This document shows positions 38,635 through 49,995 of a stretch of DNA of 64,000 nucleotides, piece by piece. Source of the DNA: a bacterium (GTDB taxonomy: Bacteria > RBG-13-61-14 > DATKZS01). Position 1 is the stretch's first letter. Each line of letters begins with the position of its first letter. Where the stretch lies: NCBI GenBank assembly GCA_046484135.1, contig JAWOBU010000017.1, forward strand, positions 18,696 through 82,695. The letters run 5' to 3'. The translations under genes and the position numbers were made by a program. The notes under the pieces are model-generated. The model searched no databases. It saw only the letters and a program-made list of their open reading frames with translations, and was not told the origin of the DNA.

Positions 38635-38896
38635 GTAAAGACCTCCTTGGGCTGGTTAATAAGGGGGAACAACTATACCAGTAAAAGACCGGAACAAGAG
38701 CACCACGTGGAGTTTGCCGAGCCTCTCAACTTCGCTTAAAAGTGTAGAAGACACACCGGCCGGTTGCAAGTCAAGCCGCCCGGACTCTCTTTGTTTCGGT
38801 TTCCCGAAAGGCTGTGCTATTATCCGTCTCCGGCAAGGGCATCATTACTTTATTTTTCCGGAGAAGCGTAACCACGGTTCGAGAAAAAGGCTTAAG

Positions 38897-40387
38897 ATGG
38901 ACAAGAGCGCTGTCAACGCTGTCATCCTCGCTGTATTGATCTTCGTTGTTCTGCTCCTCCAGAAGGGCATGGAAATACGAACGCCTCCGTGTAACGCGCC
39001 GACGCGGTTTACCGACCGGCTCAGGTTCGCCGGGTCCGCCTCCGGCGTCCTCATCCCTCTCGAGCGGGCTTACAGCTTTAAGAGGGGGGACACCGCCAAG
39101 GCAGTTTCTCCCGGAGGCGAAGTATCGCCTGCTCATGATTCTCGAAGTTCCTCATCAGTGGCCGGCAAGGGGGAAGATTTTTTTGCGGGTTCTTCTCTTC
39201 CGCCGGGCGCTTCCGCTGCCGTGTTCGCCGGGCAGGACGGTCCGCGGGTCCGGATAGCCGCGGCGGGGGACGTCATGCTTCACCAGCGTTGCCATCGGTC
39301 GGTTCGGCAGAGATCGAAAGGCTCTTTTAACAACTCCGGCTATGACGGCCTTTTTACGGGGATGCCCCGGGCGTTTTTGGACTCGGACTTGGCAGTGGCC
39401 AACCTGGAGTTCCCGGTTTACAAACAGCGCAAGATTGAGAGGCCCCTTGTTTTCCACGGTGAGTTGCCGGTCCTTTACGCGCTCCGGCGGGCCGGGTTTC
39501 GTATCCTTAACGCGGCCAATAACCACTCTTATGACCACGGACGGCAAAGCCCGGCCTCAACCAGCCGCTTATGCCGTAAAGCCGGAGTTGCCTGCCCGGG
39601 AGTCGGACCCGAGCGGGCCACAGCCCGGAAGCCGCATATGGAAACCATCAACGGAGTAAAGCTCGCCTTTATAGGCTACAGTCTTCTTTACAACGTTAAT
39701 TACAACAGCGGCGACCCGGACAAGCCCCACGTGAACGGTTATGACTTTGCCGGCCTTGTCGAAGAGGTGCGAGGCGCGGCCCGAGAGGCCGACGGGGTAG
39801 TAGTGAACCTTCACTGGGGCGCCGAGTACCGTACGTATCCTTTGCGCTGGCAGTACGGGCAGGCGCGCCGGCTGGTTGATGCGGGCGCCTGTCTCATCCT
39901 GGGACATCATCCGCACGTGCCTGGACGCATTCAACTCCTGGAGTCAGATGACGGCAGGAAGGCGCTGGTGGCCTACTCGCTTTCCAACCTGGTTTCCAAC
40001 CAGTCGCGGGGGCGTCCTTACGGGCTTACCCGGCTGGGACTGATCTTGAAGACGGACCTCGTAAAGACGGAGCGGGGCGTCGAGGTTAAAGCCTGGGAGA
40101 GCCTTCCCACCTGGGTTTACAACCACAACACCAAAAAGGACGGCGAGCTGATAGAGGACATCCACGTCGAGGTGGTGCCCTTGCGTATCAAAGAGCTTGA
40201 AGCACTGCTTGCCAGGGAGAAAGACAGAAAGGAACCGGACCGTAAGCGTGTAAGAGAGCTCGAAAAGAGAATCCGTTTTTATAAGAGCCGGTCCCGAAAA
40301 ACGGCGGAGATACTGAGAGAGCCGTCCGGAAAGACCGAATCGCAAATCGAGACCTCAGGTCTTTTCCTTCCGGCAAAAGCGCTGTAG
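38897..40387 (+). CDS. CapA/PgsA-family metallophosphatase-like protein (track start 38714 is an upstream extension)
   Basis: N-terminal TM; AAAGDVMLH...NLEFP...NAANNHSYDHG...HWGAEY...LGHHPHV CapA signature. Confidence 0.7.
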   Translation: MDKSAVNAVILAVLIFVVLLLQKGMEIRTPPCNAPTRFTDRLRFAGSASGVLIPLERAYSFKRGDTAKAVSPGGEVSPAHDSRSSSSVAGKGEDFFAGSSLPPGASAAVFAGQDGPRVRIAAAGDVMLHQRCHRSVRQRSKGSFNNSGYDGLFTGMPRAFLDSDLAVANLEFPVYKQRKIERPLVFHGELPVLYALRRAGFRILNAANNHSYDHGRQSPASTSRLCRKAGVACPGVGPERATARKPHMETINGVKLAFIGYSLLYNVNYNSGDPDKPHVNGYDFAGLVEEVRGAAREADGVVVNLHWGAEYRTYPLRWQYGQARRLVDAGACLILGHHPHVPGRIQLLESDDGRKALVAYSLSNLVSNQSRGRPYGLTRLGLILKTDLVKTERGVEVKAWESLPTWVYNHNTKKDGELIEDIHVEVVPLRIKELEALLAREKDRKEPDRKRVRELEKRIRFYKSRSRKTAEILREPSGKTESQIETSGLFLPAKAL

Positions 40388-40399
40388 AGCCTCTGCTGT

Positions 40400-43207
40400 T
40401 TACTTGTCTCCGTGTTCACTCTGGTTGGAGTTATTGTTCAGTCTCAAGTGGAAAGCTTCTATCATGGCCTTCAGCTCCTCCGCCAGCACCTTCAGGTCGG
40501 ACACGGAGGCCGACACTTTTTCCACTCCTTCCACGTTGCGGGCGGCGATGTCGGATATCTCGCTCATAGAGGACAGGACGTGCTGGGCGGCTTTTTTCTG
40601 TTCGGACTGGGAGTTGTTAATATAGTTGGCGATATGGGAGACGTGCTCGATGGCCTGGCTTATTTGCCTTCCTCCCTGCGACTGCTCGCGGGTGGCTTTT
40701 TTGACCTCTGCGGCGATGCCCCGCATCTTTTCGGCCAGGGTCTGAATCTGGTCGGAGCTCTTGGTCTGCTCCTGGGTGGCAGACTGGACCTGGTCTATAA
40801 GGGATGAAGCCTCTTCGAAAAAGGAAAGTACTTCTTCGGCCTGCTTTCTCTGCTTTTTGGTGGACTCGGAAATCTTCTGGGCCATCTCCAGTGACTTGCG
40901 GGAGCTCTTCTGGATTTTTATAAGCGCCTCGTCCGCCTGTTCGGAGCGCTTTACGCCTTCCTCAACTTTCCCTTCGCCTCTTTGCATGGCGTCCACTGCT
41001 TGCTTGGTTTCGTTCTGGACGGAATGTATCTGCTCGGATATCTCCGCGGTGCTGGCCTGGGTTCGTTCGGCCAGGTCCTTGATCTCGTCGGCGACCACTG
41101 CGAAGCCGCGGCCGTGCTCGCCCGCCTGGGCCGCAATAATGGCGGCGTTCAGGGCCAAGAGGTTGGTCTCTTCGGTCACGTCATCTATAACGGTAAGAAT
41201 CCTTCCGATCTCCTTCGCCCGCTGGGAAAGCCGGGTTATTACTTCTCCCACTTCCTGGCTCGCCTCCCGGATTTGGCTTATGCCCTCCTTGGTGCTCTGC
41301 ACTGACTTGGCGCCCTTCTCCGCGTCGCGGGCCACCTCTTCGGAAAGGGAAGCGCTTTCGGATGCTATGGAGTCTACCTCTTTTACCGACTCGGACATCT
41401 CCCGCATGGAGCCGGCCACGTCGGAAGTCCGGCCGGAAGCGTCGCTTACGTTCTCGTTGACCTGCTTCACTGAGGAGGACAGCTCCTGGATGCTGGCGGT
41501 GGTTTCTTCCACTGACTCGGAGAGGTTCTCGGCGTTCTTGGCGACCTGGTCGTTGGTCGCGCTCATTTCGACTATGGAGGCCGAGCTTTCTTCCGCACTG
41601 CTGGCCAGGGTTTCGACCGACTCGGCGATGTTGCTGATGGTCTGGTTCATCTGGGTCATGGATGCGGTGGTGTCGTCCACCCGCATGGACTGCGACTCCG
41701 ATCCCTCTTTCATCTGGTTGGTCCGCTCGGCTATGACGTCGGTGGCTGACTCGACCTGGCCGGCGGCGTCTCCGATCTGTTGGACCATGGCCCGGATGCT
41801 GGAGATCATCCGGAGATGGTGTACGGCCAGCTCGCCCACCTCGTCGTCGGCCATGATGGGGGCGGGTTCGGACAGGTCTCCGGACTCGACCTTTTGGGAG
41901 GAGCTGATGATGGCGGACACCGGCCGGAGGATTTCATCGTGCATGCTCCGGGCGAAGAGCCAGGAAAGAATAAGTGCGATGATGAACATGGCCACGATGG
42001 GTCCGATCTGGAGCAGGTACTTGCCGGACTTTTGCGGTTGGATGGTATAAAGGGTCCCGGCATCCTGAACCGGAACCGAGGTGACCATGAACTCTTTGCC
42101 GTCCGCGTAAATCAGCATCACCCGATCGGTGATATGTACCATGAGCTCTTTTTGCCAGTCTACGAGGTCTGTTGCAAAGCGCTTCCAACCGTCCGCGGAA
42201 AACAGGCTTTTGAAGGCCCCTGCCCAGTATCCGCCGGAGAAACAGGAAGCCGGGGATTCAAGTTGATGAAGCCTTTTGATGATCCGCCGGTCCAGGGGAC
42301 GGATGTTATTGTCTGGGTCGGTCTCTTTGGACCTAAGCCGGTTTCTTCCCTGTTTGTCAAGAAGGTAGACCCTTTCGTTGTGTTTGCCGAGCTCGGAGGG
42401 AAGGTTGGCCCGGACTCTTGCGCCCCAGGCGTCGCGGGCTTTTATCTCGCCGGCCAGGTAGCCGATAGTAGGGTCGTCCAGGCTTTGTTCGATGGACCGG
42501 TCCCGCTGGTATGCCGCGGAGCGGGCCTGGCCGGAGATACTGATATGGGCGGTGATCCAGGTCATGGACCCCACCAGGACCAGGACGTAAATAAGGACCT
42601 TGGTCCGGTACTGGATGCGGCGCCGGGCGAACTCCCTTCTCTCGAAAAAGGAAGGAAGCCTGGCAAGGGCCTCCCTGAGACGGTCGTTGTAGTAGTTTTT
42701 GATGACAAAGTAGTGAAAGGTCGCCATCAGGGCCATGATGGATATGGTCCCCGCGGACAGGAACACCACCAGTATCCATGGCACCGAGTAGAAGGCGAGC
42801 CGGAGCATTATGATTATAAGAGGGGCCCCGATGATCCAGTGGAGCAGGAACCTCATTATGAACCGGTGGGGAAAATCAAGGAGCTCGAGCGCGCTCTTTA
42901 TGGCGTCCCGCTGGGACAGGGAAGGGCCACCGTCCCACGCCAGCACCCGGCAAGCCCGGAAAAGCTCCCGGCCCACCCATATTTCGAAGATCACTACGTT
43001 GGGGACCCCCAGGCAGATGAAGCAGATAACTATCTTGGCCAGAAAGAAGAAGTCGTAGCAGCCCTCCGGAGGCGTGAGCCCCTGGAAGACCATGGACACA
43101 TAAAAAATCACGCCCGCCACCGCGGTAAGGGTTATCGGCAGCATTACCCTGGAGTTATGCTTGTGAAGCTTCTTTGCTACCTGGCGGGTATTTTCATCAA
43201 GGTTCAT
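40400..43207 (-). CDS. Methyl-accepting chemotaxis protein with large polytopic (about 7 TM) N-terminal sensor region, HAMP and MCP signalling domain
   Basis: C-terminal MCP signalling domain (...[34 protein letters not shown]...); multiple N-terminal hydrophobic helices; start uncertain (43207 or 43276). Confidence 0.8.
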   Translation of the reverse strand: MNLDENTRQVAKKLHKHNSRVMLPITLTAVAGVIFYVSMVFQGLTPPEGCYDFFFLAKIVICFICLGVPNVVIFEIWVGRELFRACRVLAWDGGPSLSQRDAIKSALELLDFPHRFIMRFLLHWIIGAPLIIIMLRLAFYSVPWILVVFLSAGTISIMALMATFHYFVIKNYYNDRLREALARLPSFFERREFARRRIQYRTKVLIYVLVLVGSMTWITAHISISGQARSAAYQRDRSIEQSLDDPTIGYLAGEIKARDAWGARVRANLPSELGKHNERVYLLDKQGRNRLRSKETDPDNNIRPLDRRIIKRLHQLESPASCFSGGYWAGAFKSLFSADGWKRFATDLVDWQKELMVHITDRVMLIYADGKEFMVTSVPVQDAGTLYTIQPQKSGKYLLQIGPIVAMFIIALILSWLFARSMHDEILRPVSAIISSSQKVESGDLSEPAPIMADDEVGELAVHHLRMISSIRAMVQQIGDAAGQVESATDVIAERTNQMKEGSESQSMRVDDTTASMTQMNQTISNIAESVETLASSAEESSASIVEMSATNDQVAKNAENLSESVEETTASIQELSSSVKQVNENVSDASGRTSDVAGSMREMSESVKEVDSIASESASLSEEVARDAEKGAKSVQSTKEGISQIREASQEVGEVITRLSQRAKEIGRILTVIDDVTEETNLLALNAAIIAAQAGEHGRGFAVVADEIKDLAERTQASTAEISEQIHSVQNETKQAVDAMQRGEGKVEEGVKRSEQADEALIKIQKSSRKSLEMAQKISESTKKQRKQAEEVLSFFEEASSLIDQVQSATQEQTKSSDQIQTLAEKMRGIAAEVKKATREQSQGGRQISQAIEHVSHIANYINNSQSEQKKAAQHVLSSMSEISDIAARNVEGVEKVSASVSDLKVLAEELKAMIEAFHLRLNNNSNQSEHGDK

Positions 43208-43339
43208 CAAACACGAAGTCCCGTTACGAATGACTGCCCGGCTGGGGAGCTGAAAATCGAACCGGCGCCCCCGCACCGGAGTGGCCGGGTAGGAAGAAAA
43301 ACTCTTCTTTATTCAAAGTACGAAATCAGCGGCCGGTTG

Positions 43340-45709
43340 TCAATTATCATGATCTAAACTGATGCCCGCGCGGCCCGCATAATCCCCCAAAGCTTCGTGC
43401 AGGGAGGCACCGGGTTCGAGCGCCACGTACAGGTCGGTGCGGTGCTGTTCCTTGCCTGCGTCGTAGCGGAAGCTGAAAACGCCTTTTTCATAATGGAAAG
43501 GTTTTTCTTCCACCGTGCCGTCAAAGGCGATGCGGTAGAGCTTGGCGGGCTTTTGGTCGCGTCGGCCCGACTTGATCTTTACTTCGCCGCTGTCGGGCGC
43601 GCTTGCTATCACGTACTGCGGCTGGTTCACTATCGTGGCAAAGGTCCCGCTGAAGGAGAGCTCATCGCCGTTATAAGAATAGGCGCCCTTGCCCTCCGGA
43701 TGGTCTATGACAGCGGCGCGGAACTCGCCGTGCTCGAGGCTTGCGAAGCCCACCGACTTGGGACCGAGCCGCGCCCGGAAGCTCTTGTCCCCTTCCCGGA
43801 AATGAACCGGGCCGTCCCACTCGTCAGCCGAGCGGTTCGCAACCGACACCACCGTCAGGTCATTTTCATCATACCGGCGCTTGATAACGTCAACCTCTTC
43901 CGAGTCTGCATAAGCCTTGCGGAAGGTAACGCCCTTACGCCGGAAAAACTCCGCGTCCACTTCGTCCTTCCCCTCCGGCGGAAGATAGAGGGTATAGCCG
44001 CCTTCCCGCTCCACCAGCGGGCCTTCCTCCGGCATGGGGTTTAAGGGAGAGGTCGGCACCACCAAAAGCTTGTACCTGTTTGCCTGTCCCGGTTTTAAAT
44101 GGTCCATGTGTATCACGTCAAAGTCGAAGTCGTTTTTTACGAACTCGCGGGCGATAAGCTGGGTCCGGTTGGCGGTGTTGGTCCCTTTTACGATGTCTTT
44201 AAGCTCGTCGTGCCGGACCCTTTTGTGCGGCTTGTCAAAGTTGAACCTGAACTCCCAGTTCCAGGCGTGCTCCGGCTCGTGCGAGTACCCGAGCGCGACC
44301 TCGGGATAAGCGGCGCCCGGCAGAAAGCCGCCCGAGTGCTCCATGAAAAGATAGGTGTTCTTCCCGTTCCAGAAACAGTCCCGGATGCCGCCCGTTGCCG
44401 TAACGCAGGCCTCCATGCCCCACGAGCCTTCCGGCGCCACCTTCTCGTTGTCCTCAGGCGTCTGCCAGCCCACGTAGATGTTCACAGCGTCCGCGCCCCA
44501 GGCCACCGGCGCCTGGAAGTAAAACCGCTCCGAGCAGGTTATCTCCGGCACGAACGCGGGATACGGCTCGGAAAGCGTGCCGGAAAGACGCGTCCGCCAG
44601 ACCGCCATGTGCACGTACTCGTCCCAGTTGTACTTGTAAACCAGGTTGCCCACGAATATGGTCCAGAGCCGGTAGACCTCGGCGTACACGTTCGAGCCGA
44701 TCCAGCCGCCGGAAGCCTCGGCCATTCCGCCGATGTCGCCGAGCAGGCCGGACAGGTCCCACGGCATGCACAGCAGGTCCTGGTAAGTGGGTGCGTAAAA
44801 CCCGGAGTCCTCGAGCATGGCCCGCATCCGCCGTAACGCCTCCACGTACTGGAACTCCGCGAACTTATCGAGGTCCATGTAAATCCGGAACTCCTTCCGG
44901 TTCGAAGGACTGGTCCATTCATCAGGCATGGGGACCTCGGCAAAGGACGAGTAAGAAGAACCATAAGCGTCGTTCAGCGACTCGACCGTACCATAGCGCT
45001 CTTTGAGCCAGTCGGGCCACAGCTCGTTTCTGTAATAGCTGTTGTAGTCTGCCTTGAAGTTGTGGGTGAAGAAGTTGCTCATGGTTATGAAGCCGTCGCC
45101 CGGTGTCTCGTTGTCAACCTGCACTGCGATGATGGGTCCGTCCGGCCACTGGTAGCGCGCCACGCGTTTGCCGAGCTCGTGAAAGTACCTGTCCACCAGC
45201 TCGAGATAGCGGGGATGAAGATAGGAGATGCGCGGCATGCCCGAATCGCCGTGTATGAAAGGCTCGCCCTTTTTATTAACGGCGATGGTCTCGGGATGGT
45301 TTTTGAACAGCCACTGCGGGATGCCGCCCGCGTTGGTCTCCGCGTCTATGAAGGGTCCCGGCTTCAAGATGAGCTTCAGTCCCTTTTTTCCGCAAAGCTC
45401 GATGAACCTCGCAAGGTCGCGGCCCGGAAGCGTCTTGCCGGTGAAGTCGAACTTTCCCTCCTCGTACTCGTGATAGCCCCAGTGCACATAGGTCGAGATG
45501 GTGTCGGCGTTGTACTGGGCCATCCTGGTGAGCATCATGTCCCACTTGTCCGGCGGGACCCGGAAGTACTGGAGCTCAACGCTCCGGAGCGGCTCGGAAA
45601 ACTCGTCCCGGAAGTAATCCGGCCCGGCGCTCTCGGCGCGGGGAGCGGGTTTGAACGAAACCGCCAGGACGATAACCCCCAAGAGAAGGACCCATTTTTT
45701 CGTGCTCAT
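43340..45709 (-). CDS. Secreted glycoside hydrolase, GH35/GH42-like beta-galactosidase family
   Basis: Signal peptide; TIM-barrel region with ...GGIPQWL...PIIAVQVDNE catalytic-acid context. Confidence 0.6.
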   Translation of the reverse strand: MSTKKWVLLLGVIVLAVSFKPAPRAESAGPDYFRDEFSEPLRSVELQYFRVPPDKWDMMLTRMAQYNADTISTYVHWGYHEYEEGKFDFTGKTLPGRDLARFIELCGKKGLKLILKPGPFIDAETNAGGIPQWLFKNHPETIAVNKKGEPFIHGDSGMPRISYLHPRYLELVDRYFHELGKRVARYQWPDGPIIAVQVDNETPGDGFITMSNFFTHNFKADYNSYYRNELWPDWLKERYGTVESLNDAYGSSYSSFAEVPMPDEWTSPSNRKEFRIYMDLDKFAEFQYVEALRRMRAMLEDSGFYAPTYQDLLCMPWDLSGLLGDIGGMAEASGGWIGSNVYAEVYRLWTIFVGNLVYKYNWDEYVHMAVWRTRLSGTLSEPYPAFVPEITCSERFYFQAPVAWGADAVNIYVGWQTPEDNEKVAPEGSWGMEACVTATGGIRDCFWNGKNTYLFMEHSGGFLPGAAYPEVALGYSHEPEHAWNWEFRFNFDKPHKRVRHDELKDIVKGTNTANRTQLIAREFVKNDFDFDVIHMDHLKPGQANRYKLLVVPTSPLNPMPEEGPLVEREGGYTLYLPPEGKDEVDAEFFRRKGVTFRKAYADSEEVDVIKRRYDENDLTVVSVANRSADEWDGPVHFREGDKSFRARLGPKSVGFASLEHGEFRAAVIDHPEGKGAYSYNGDELSFSGTFATIVNQPQYVIASAPDSGEVKIKSGRRDQKPAKLYRIAFDGTVEEKPFHYEKGVFSFRYDAGKEQHRTDLYVALEPGASLHEALGDYAGRAGISLDHDN

Positions 45710-45785
45710 CAGTGTTTTCCTTTCCAATAGTTCCAGATGCCTTTTTCCAGGAGGCTTTCCCGGCTTTTATTTTCACGTTTTCGGC

Positions 45786-47480
45786 TTACTCGAGCGCGGC
45801 GATCTTTCGGAAGCGCCTGGTGCGCACAATAAGAGCGGTCAGGATAAAAGGCAACACTGCGAAGCGCAGAATGGACAGGCCGGCAAGTCCCGCGGTCTCG
45901 AGGGTGAGCATCCCCTCCGCGATTCTGCGATAAACCAGGAAGCCGAGCACCGCGAACAGCACGAGAAGTATGATTACCATGATGGGCGAGACTCTCCGAC
46001 GAAGGGCGACGGGCTTTCTCTCTTCGATCTTGTAAAGAGGCTTCAAACGTGCCCGGACTGCTATGACCACCTCCTGGGCGATACGGTCCGCCACCCGCAG
46101 CACCAGACCCGGAACCAGGACCACCACTGCCACTAGGATCACGTATCCAGTGGCAGGAGTAAGGCCGCTTATAGTTTCGCTGAACATTGGGGGAAGCGAA
46201 CGGCCCCAGACCTCGAGCGGAAAAAGCACCAGCATGTTAAGCGCGAACACCGGGTACCAGCCGAGCATCTCCGGAAAGCGCACGTAGTTGGGAATGCTGA
46301 CCAAACCGAACGACACCAGCGTGGCCGCGCCCAGGGCCAGGCAGATAAAAAAGAGTGCCCGCATGGTCCGGAAAGGGGACGTGCCGGGGTGCCGGAGCAT
46401 TCCGGCCGCCCGAAAGCTCACGAACTCCTGCGCTATGGGAAGCGACACCATGAGGTAAAGCCCGCCGACCCGGAGACCCGGATACGTGTCTCCCAGAAAC
46501 CACGCCAGCCCCACAAACAAAAGAAGCGGCAAAGCCTGGAGCCGGACCAAGAGCCAGTGCGGCACGCGCGACCCCGCCTTCTCAGCCAGAAGCTCGGAGT
46601 AGCGGCCTCCCACCACCCCGTAAAACACGGAAAACGCCAGCATGAAGATAAATACCGAAACCTTGTGCCACCAGTGATCGAGTGTGCCCTCTGCAAGACC
46701 CGGCTCGGCAAACGACCGGGCGTACCACTCCAAGAGGTCTTTTATAAGGAAGTAGTCAAAGGTCTCGATAAAGTGGTCGGTGGTGGGAAGTATGTTGACC
46801 TGGACCGCGGTGCCGTGTTCAAAGCTGCCGTAGAGCTCGCGGTTTTGCGGGTTTTCCGTGACTCCGTTTGCGGTAAGGTTTTCGAGGAGGTTCTCGGGCG
46901 AGTGAATTTCGTCGTAGAGCCCGGAGATGAACATGATGTTTTGCGGACGGCCCTGGCTGAAGTCGGACTCCATTCCGATGGGCACAGTGGAGCGCACGCG
47001 GGGGTCCGCCATCCCGGTCAGGATGGACACCGTGCCTCCCACTGAATGGCCGCAGCTTCCGATCTTGTCCGGGTCAACGAAAGGCAGGCCCCGCAGGTAG
47101 CGAACTATGGTGATCATGTCCTGCGTCATGGTCCGGAGGCTGTCTTCGCCCATGCGCTGGCGCGACTCAGCCTCCGTCTTGCCGAAAAAGTCGGGGATGG
47201 CGCACGCCGCGCCCCGCGCCGCGAGCTCGGTGCAGATGATGTCCATGGCCTCCGGAGGAATGCTGTAGGGAGGAATGGCTATGACCGCGGGAGCTGACTT
47301 CGAGGCCAGTTTGTCCCGCTCCGCGGGATACACGAACACCACCCGCAAAGGAGAGCCGGAAAGCGAATCAAGGCCCCGCTCCTCGAAAACCACCTCGCCG
47401 CCCTGGAAGCTGTGAGCCGAATAAAGCGACATGAAAATGACCAGCGCCAAAAGCGCCGGAGTAAAAACACGGCGGGACAT
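45786..47480 (-). CDS. Fusion protein: N-terminal alpha/beta-hydrolase (dienelactone-hydrolase-like) + C-terminal polytopic membrane domain
   Basis: Signal peptide/TM; nucleophile elbow GHSVGG; about 9 C-terminal TM helices. Confidence 0.6.
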   Translation of the reverse strand: MSRRVFTPALLALVIFMSLYSAHSFQGGEVVFEERGLDSLSGSPLRVVFVYPAERDKLASKSAPAVIAIPPYSIPPEAMDIICTELAARGAACAIPDFFGKTEAESRQRMGEDSLRTMTQDMITIVRYLRGLPFVDPDKIGSCGHSVGGTVSILTGMADPRVRSTVPIGMESDFSQGRPQNIMFISGLYDEIHSPENLLENLTANGVTENPQNRELYGSFEHGTAVQVNILPTTDHFIETFDYFLIKDLLEWYARSFAEPGLAEGTLDHWWHKVSVFIFMLAFSVFYGVVGGRYSELLAEKAGSRVPHWLLVRLQALPLLLFVGLAWFLGDTYPGLRVGGLYLMVSLPIAQEFVSFRAAGMLRHPGTSPFRTMRALFFICLALGAATLVSFGLVSIPNYVRFPEMLGWYPVFALNMLVLFPLEVWGRSLPPMFSETISGLTPATGYVILVAVVVLVPGLVLRVADRIAQEVVIAVRARLKPLYKIEERKPVALRRRVSPIMVIILLVLFAVLGFLVYRRIAEGMLTLETAGLAGLSILRFAVLPFILTALIVRTRRFRKIAALE

Positions 47481-47960
47481 CTATGGCCGCCCTCCGAAAA
47501 TGAACCCAAGCATCCTCTGACCGCTCCTCCTGAATTATTCGCCGCGGAGCTCGCCGCCCGGAAGCGGAAAGCCCGCGATTAGGGACTATAATTGTAGAAG
47601 AAGAAAGGCCGGCCGGTCAACCGGTAAAGGAGGGAAAGTTGAAAATAGGGGACAGTTACTAAATCATTGCTGTCCCAAACATGGCGGGAAGGCTGATAAT
47701 CATATCACGCAAAGGCACAAAGGCGCGAAGGATTCGGAATTGTTTTTGATTTTGAATCAAATGGTAAAACCTCGGTTGATACGTACCAAAAGGTGCATTA
47801 TGGATTTCAGGCTCCCTGAAAAGTTTTGCCGGAGGGTTATGCCTATAAAAGGTCAGAATGGCTTAATCTTGTTGTGTTTTTTATAGAAGATGCGCCTTCG
47901 CGTCTTTGCGTGAGATAAAATTCTGTTTTGGACAAGAGTGAAGTATTTTTTCTCTTTTTC

Positions 47961-49364
47961 TCAGCCTTCGATGGCCTTGATGATGTCCTTTACAAACTCC
48001 TCCTGGCTCCAGCTCGAGCCTACTAGGGGATCGAGCCCGGTTCTTACCACTACCAGGTCGCGGGAGGGGACCACGGTTGCGAGCTGTCCCCTGGCGCCGG
48101 AAGTGGTGAAGGCGTCGTCCGGGATGCGCGGGTCTGTGCCGATGAGCCAGAACTGGGCGCCGTAGCCTTTGTCCTCCTTTGCGGGCGCCGGTTGGACGGT
48201 GTACTCGACCCATCCTTTGGGCAGGATGCGCTCGCCGTTCCAGACGCCGTTGTTCAGATACAAAAGGCCGAAGCGGGCCAGGTCGCGAGGAGTGGTATAG
48301 ACCTGGCTTGAGAGGATGTAGTTGCCGTAGGGGTCTATCTCGGCATAGGTGTCTCGCATGCCGATCTTGTTGAAGAGCTCCTTGTGTGGGAGCTTCCAGA
48401 ACTTCTCGTTATTTGCGAGCACGTTTTTTATGGAGAGCATGAGAAGGAGGGTGTCGAAGTTGGAGTACTTCCAGCGGGTGCCGGGCTCTGCTTCGAGCTT
48501 GCTTTTTACGATGGCGCGGGCGGTGTTGATGCCGCCCCAGTAGGCCTCGCGGGTCAATGCGCCTTTGCTTTTGAGGCCGGAGCTCATGTGGAGCAGGTTC
48601 TCGATGGTGATCTCCTGCCGGGGATCGTCTTTCCACTCGGGGATGGGCGCCTTTTGTTTTACATCCAGCTTGCCCTTTTTCACCATGATGCCGACCATGG
48701 CGTTGGTGATGCTCTTGGCGGTGGACCAGGTCCGGTACTGGGTGTGCATGCCCCATCCCTCGGCGTAGCGCTCGGCAATGATCCGTCCCCTGTAGACGAC
48801 CACCACTCCCAGGGTCTGGTGCGGCTTGTACTTAAGACCGGTAAAGGCTTCTTCCACAGCTTTATCGAGCTTTGCCCTGTTCACCTCCTGCGGAAACGCG
48901 GTCTCCCTGGTGAGGTCTCCGTCCGGCCAGGCAATCTCCGAGGGCTCTCCGCCTTGCTCCGGGATGTTCACCTCCGGCAGCATGTCCTTGTCTTCCATGG
49001 TCGAGCCGGGCGGCAAAAGCACGCAGCCGAACCCGTCATGATAGACAGCGAGGCGGGGAGGCATGAAAAGGCTGTAGGGGACCCGGACCGCCCTGGACTC
49101 ATGATCTATGCGGGCCTCCGGCACCAGGAACACGGTAGGATCGCCGCCCCGGAGCTCCTCGCTCTTTATGTCGGCAAGTCCGCGGTCCGCTATGAAGACT
49201 CCGGAGCAGGTAAAGCCCGCCTTATAGCCCGCGGCAACGTGGCCGGGGTCCACGCTGTTTTCGGGGACGGCCGCGTCGGGCCTGAACAGGAGAACCGTAA
49301 AAAGGAGCGCCAAAAACAGCGCAGCCTTTCGCAATCTTCTCCTGTCAAAAAGCCTGATATCCAT
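47961..49364 (-). CDS. Serine hydrolase of the beta-lactamase/esterase (class C-like) family (the long track N-terminus to 49748 is a spurious extension)
   Basis: ATG at 49364 gives MDIRLFDRRRLRKAALFLALLF signal peptide; SxxK motif WSTAKS. Confidence 0.7.
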   Translation of the reverse strand: MDIRLFDRRRLRKAALFLALLFTVLLFRPDAAVPENSVDPGHVAAGYKAGFTCSGVFIADRGLADIKSEELRGGDPTVFLVPEARIDHESRAVRVPYSLFMPPRLAVYHDGFGCVLLPPGSTMEDKDMLPEVNIPEQGGEPSEIAWPDGDLTRETAFPQEVNRAKLDKAVEEAFTGLKYKPHQTLGVVVVYRGRIIAERYAEGWGMHTQYRTWSTAKSITNAMVGIMVKKGKLDVKQKAPIPEWKDDPRQEITIENLLHMSSGLKSKGALTREAYWGGINTARAIVKSKLEAEPGTRWKYSNFDTLLLMLSIKNVLANNEKFWKLPHKELFNKIGMRDTYAEIDPYGNYILSSQVYTTPRDLARFGLLYLNNGVWNGERILPKGWVEYTVQPAPAKEDKGYGAQFWLIGTDPRIPDDAFTTSGARGQLATVVPSRDLVVVRTGLDPLVGSSWSQEEFVKDIIKAIEG

Positions 49365-49390
49365 GACTTTTCCGAGAAGCTCGATCCGGT

Positions 49391-49969
49391 TCACTCTTCC
49401 ATGTTGGGCCAGATTACCACGAAGCGTTTGTCGCCTCTTCCTTCGCTTGCCGTGATTACGTCGTCGCGGTCCCGAAGGGCCAGGTGGACCAGTCGCCGGT
49501 CTGCGCTGGACATGGCCTCCAGAGCCCGGGCGCTGCCGGTCTCGGCCACGTAGTCCGCGGTCTGGTGGGCCAGCTTCTCCAGCTTGTCCCGCTGGCGTTT
49601 GCGGTATCCTTCGGCGTCCACGTGGACGGTCATTCTTTTCCGAAGCTGATGGCTTATGATCTTGGACAGGATGTGCTCGAACGCCTCGATGGTCTGCCCC
49701 CTCCTGCCGATCAGGCGGCCGGTGGGGTCTCCTTTGATCTCGACCCACACGGAGTCTTTTTCCACCTTCCCCTCAATGGTTGGCGAGGGGACGCTCGGGA
49801 AAAAATCGAGAATGTCGCGGGCCATCCCCGCGGCCCGCTCGGCTATCTCGTCCAGGTCGGGCAGAGCTGCTTGCTCGTCCACGTCCGGCCGGGAGGCTTC
49901 TTCCGCTTCCGGGTCGTCCGGCTCTTCAGGTGGGCCTTGGCTTTCTTTGTTCCGGTCTTCGTCGCTCAT
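49391..49969 (-). CDS. khpB: Jag/KhpB RNA-binding protein (KH + R3H)
   Basis: Position downstream of yidC; GRLIGRRGQTIEAFEHIL KH motif; R3H-like C-terminus; acidic N-terminus. Confidence 0.8.
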   Translation of the reverse strand: MSDEDRNKESQGPPEEPDDPEAEEASRPDVDEQAALPDLDEIAERAAGMARDILDFFPSVPSPTIEGKVEKDSVWVEIKGDPTGRLIGRRGQTIEAFEHILSKIISHQLRKRMTVHVDAEGYRKRQRDKLEKLAHQTADYVAETGSARALEAMSSADRRLVHLALRDRDDVITASEGRGDKRFVVIWPNMEE

Positions 49970-49995
49970 GGCTTTTCTTCCTTTTATCGTTCCGT

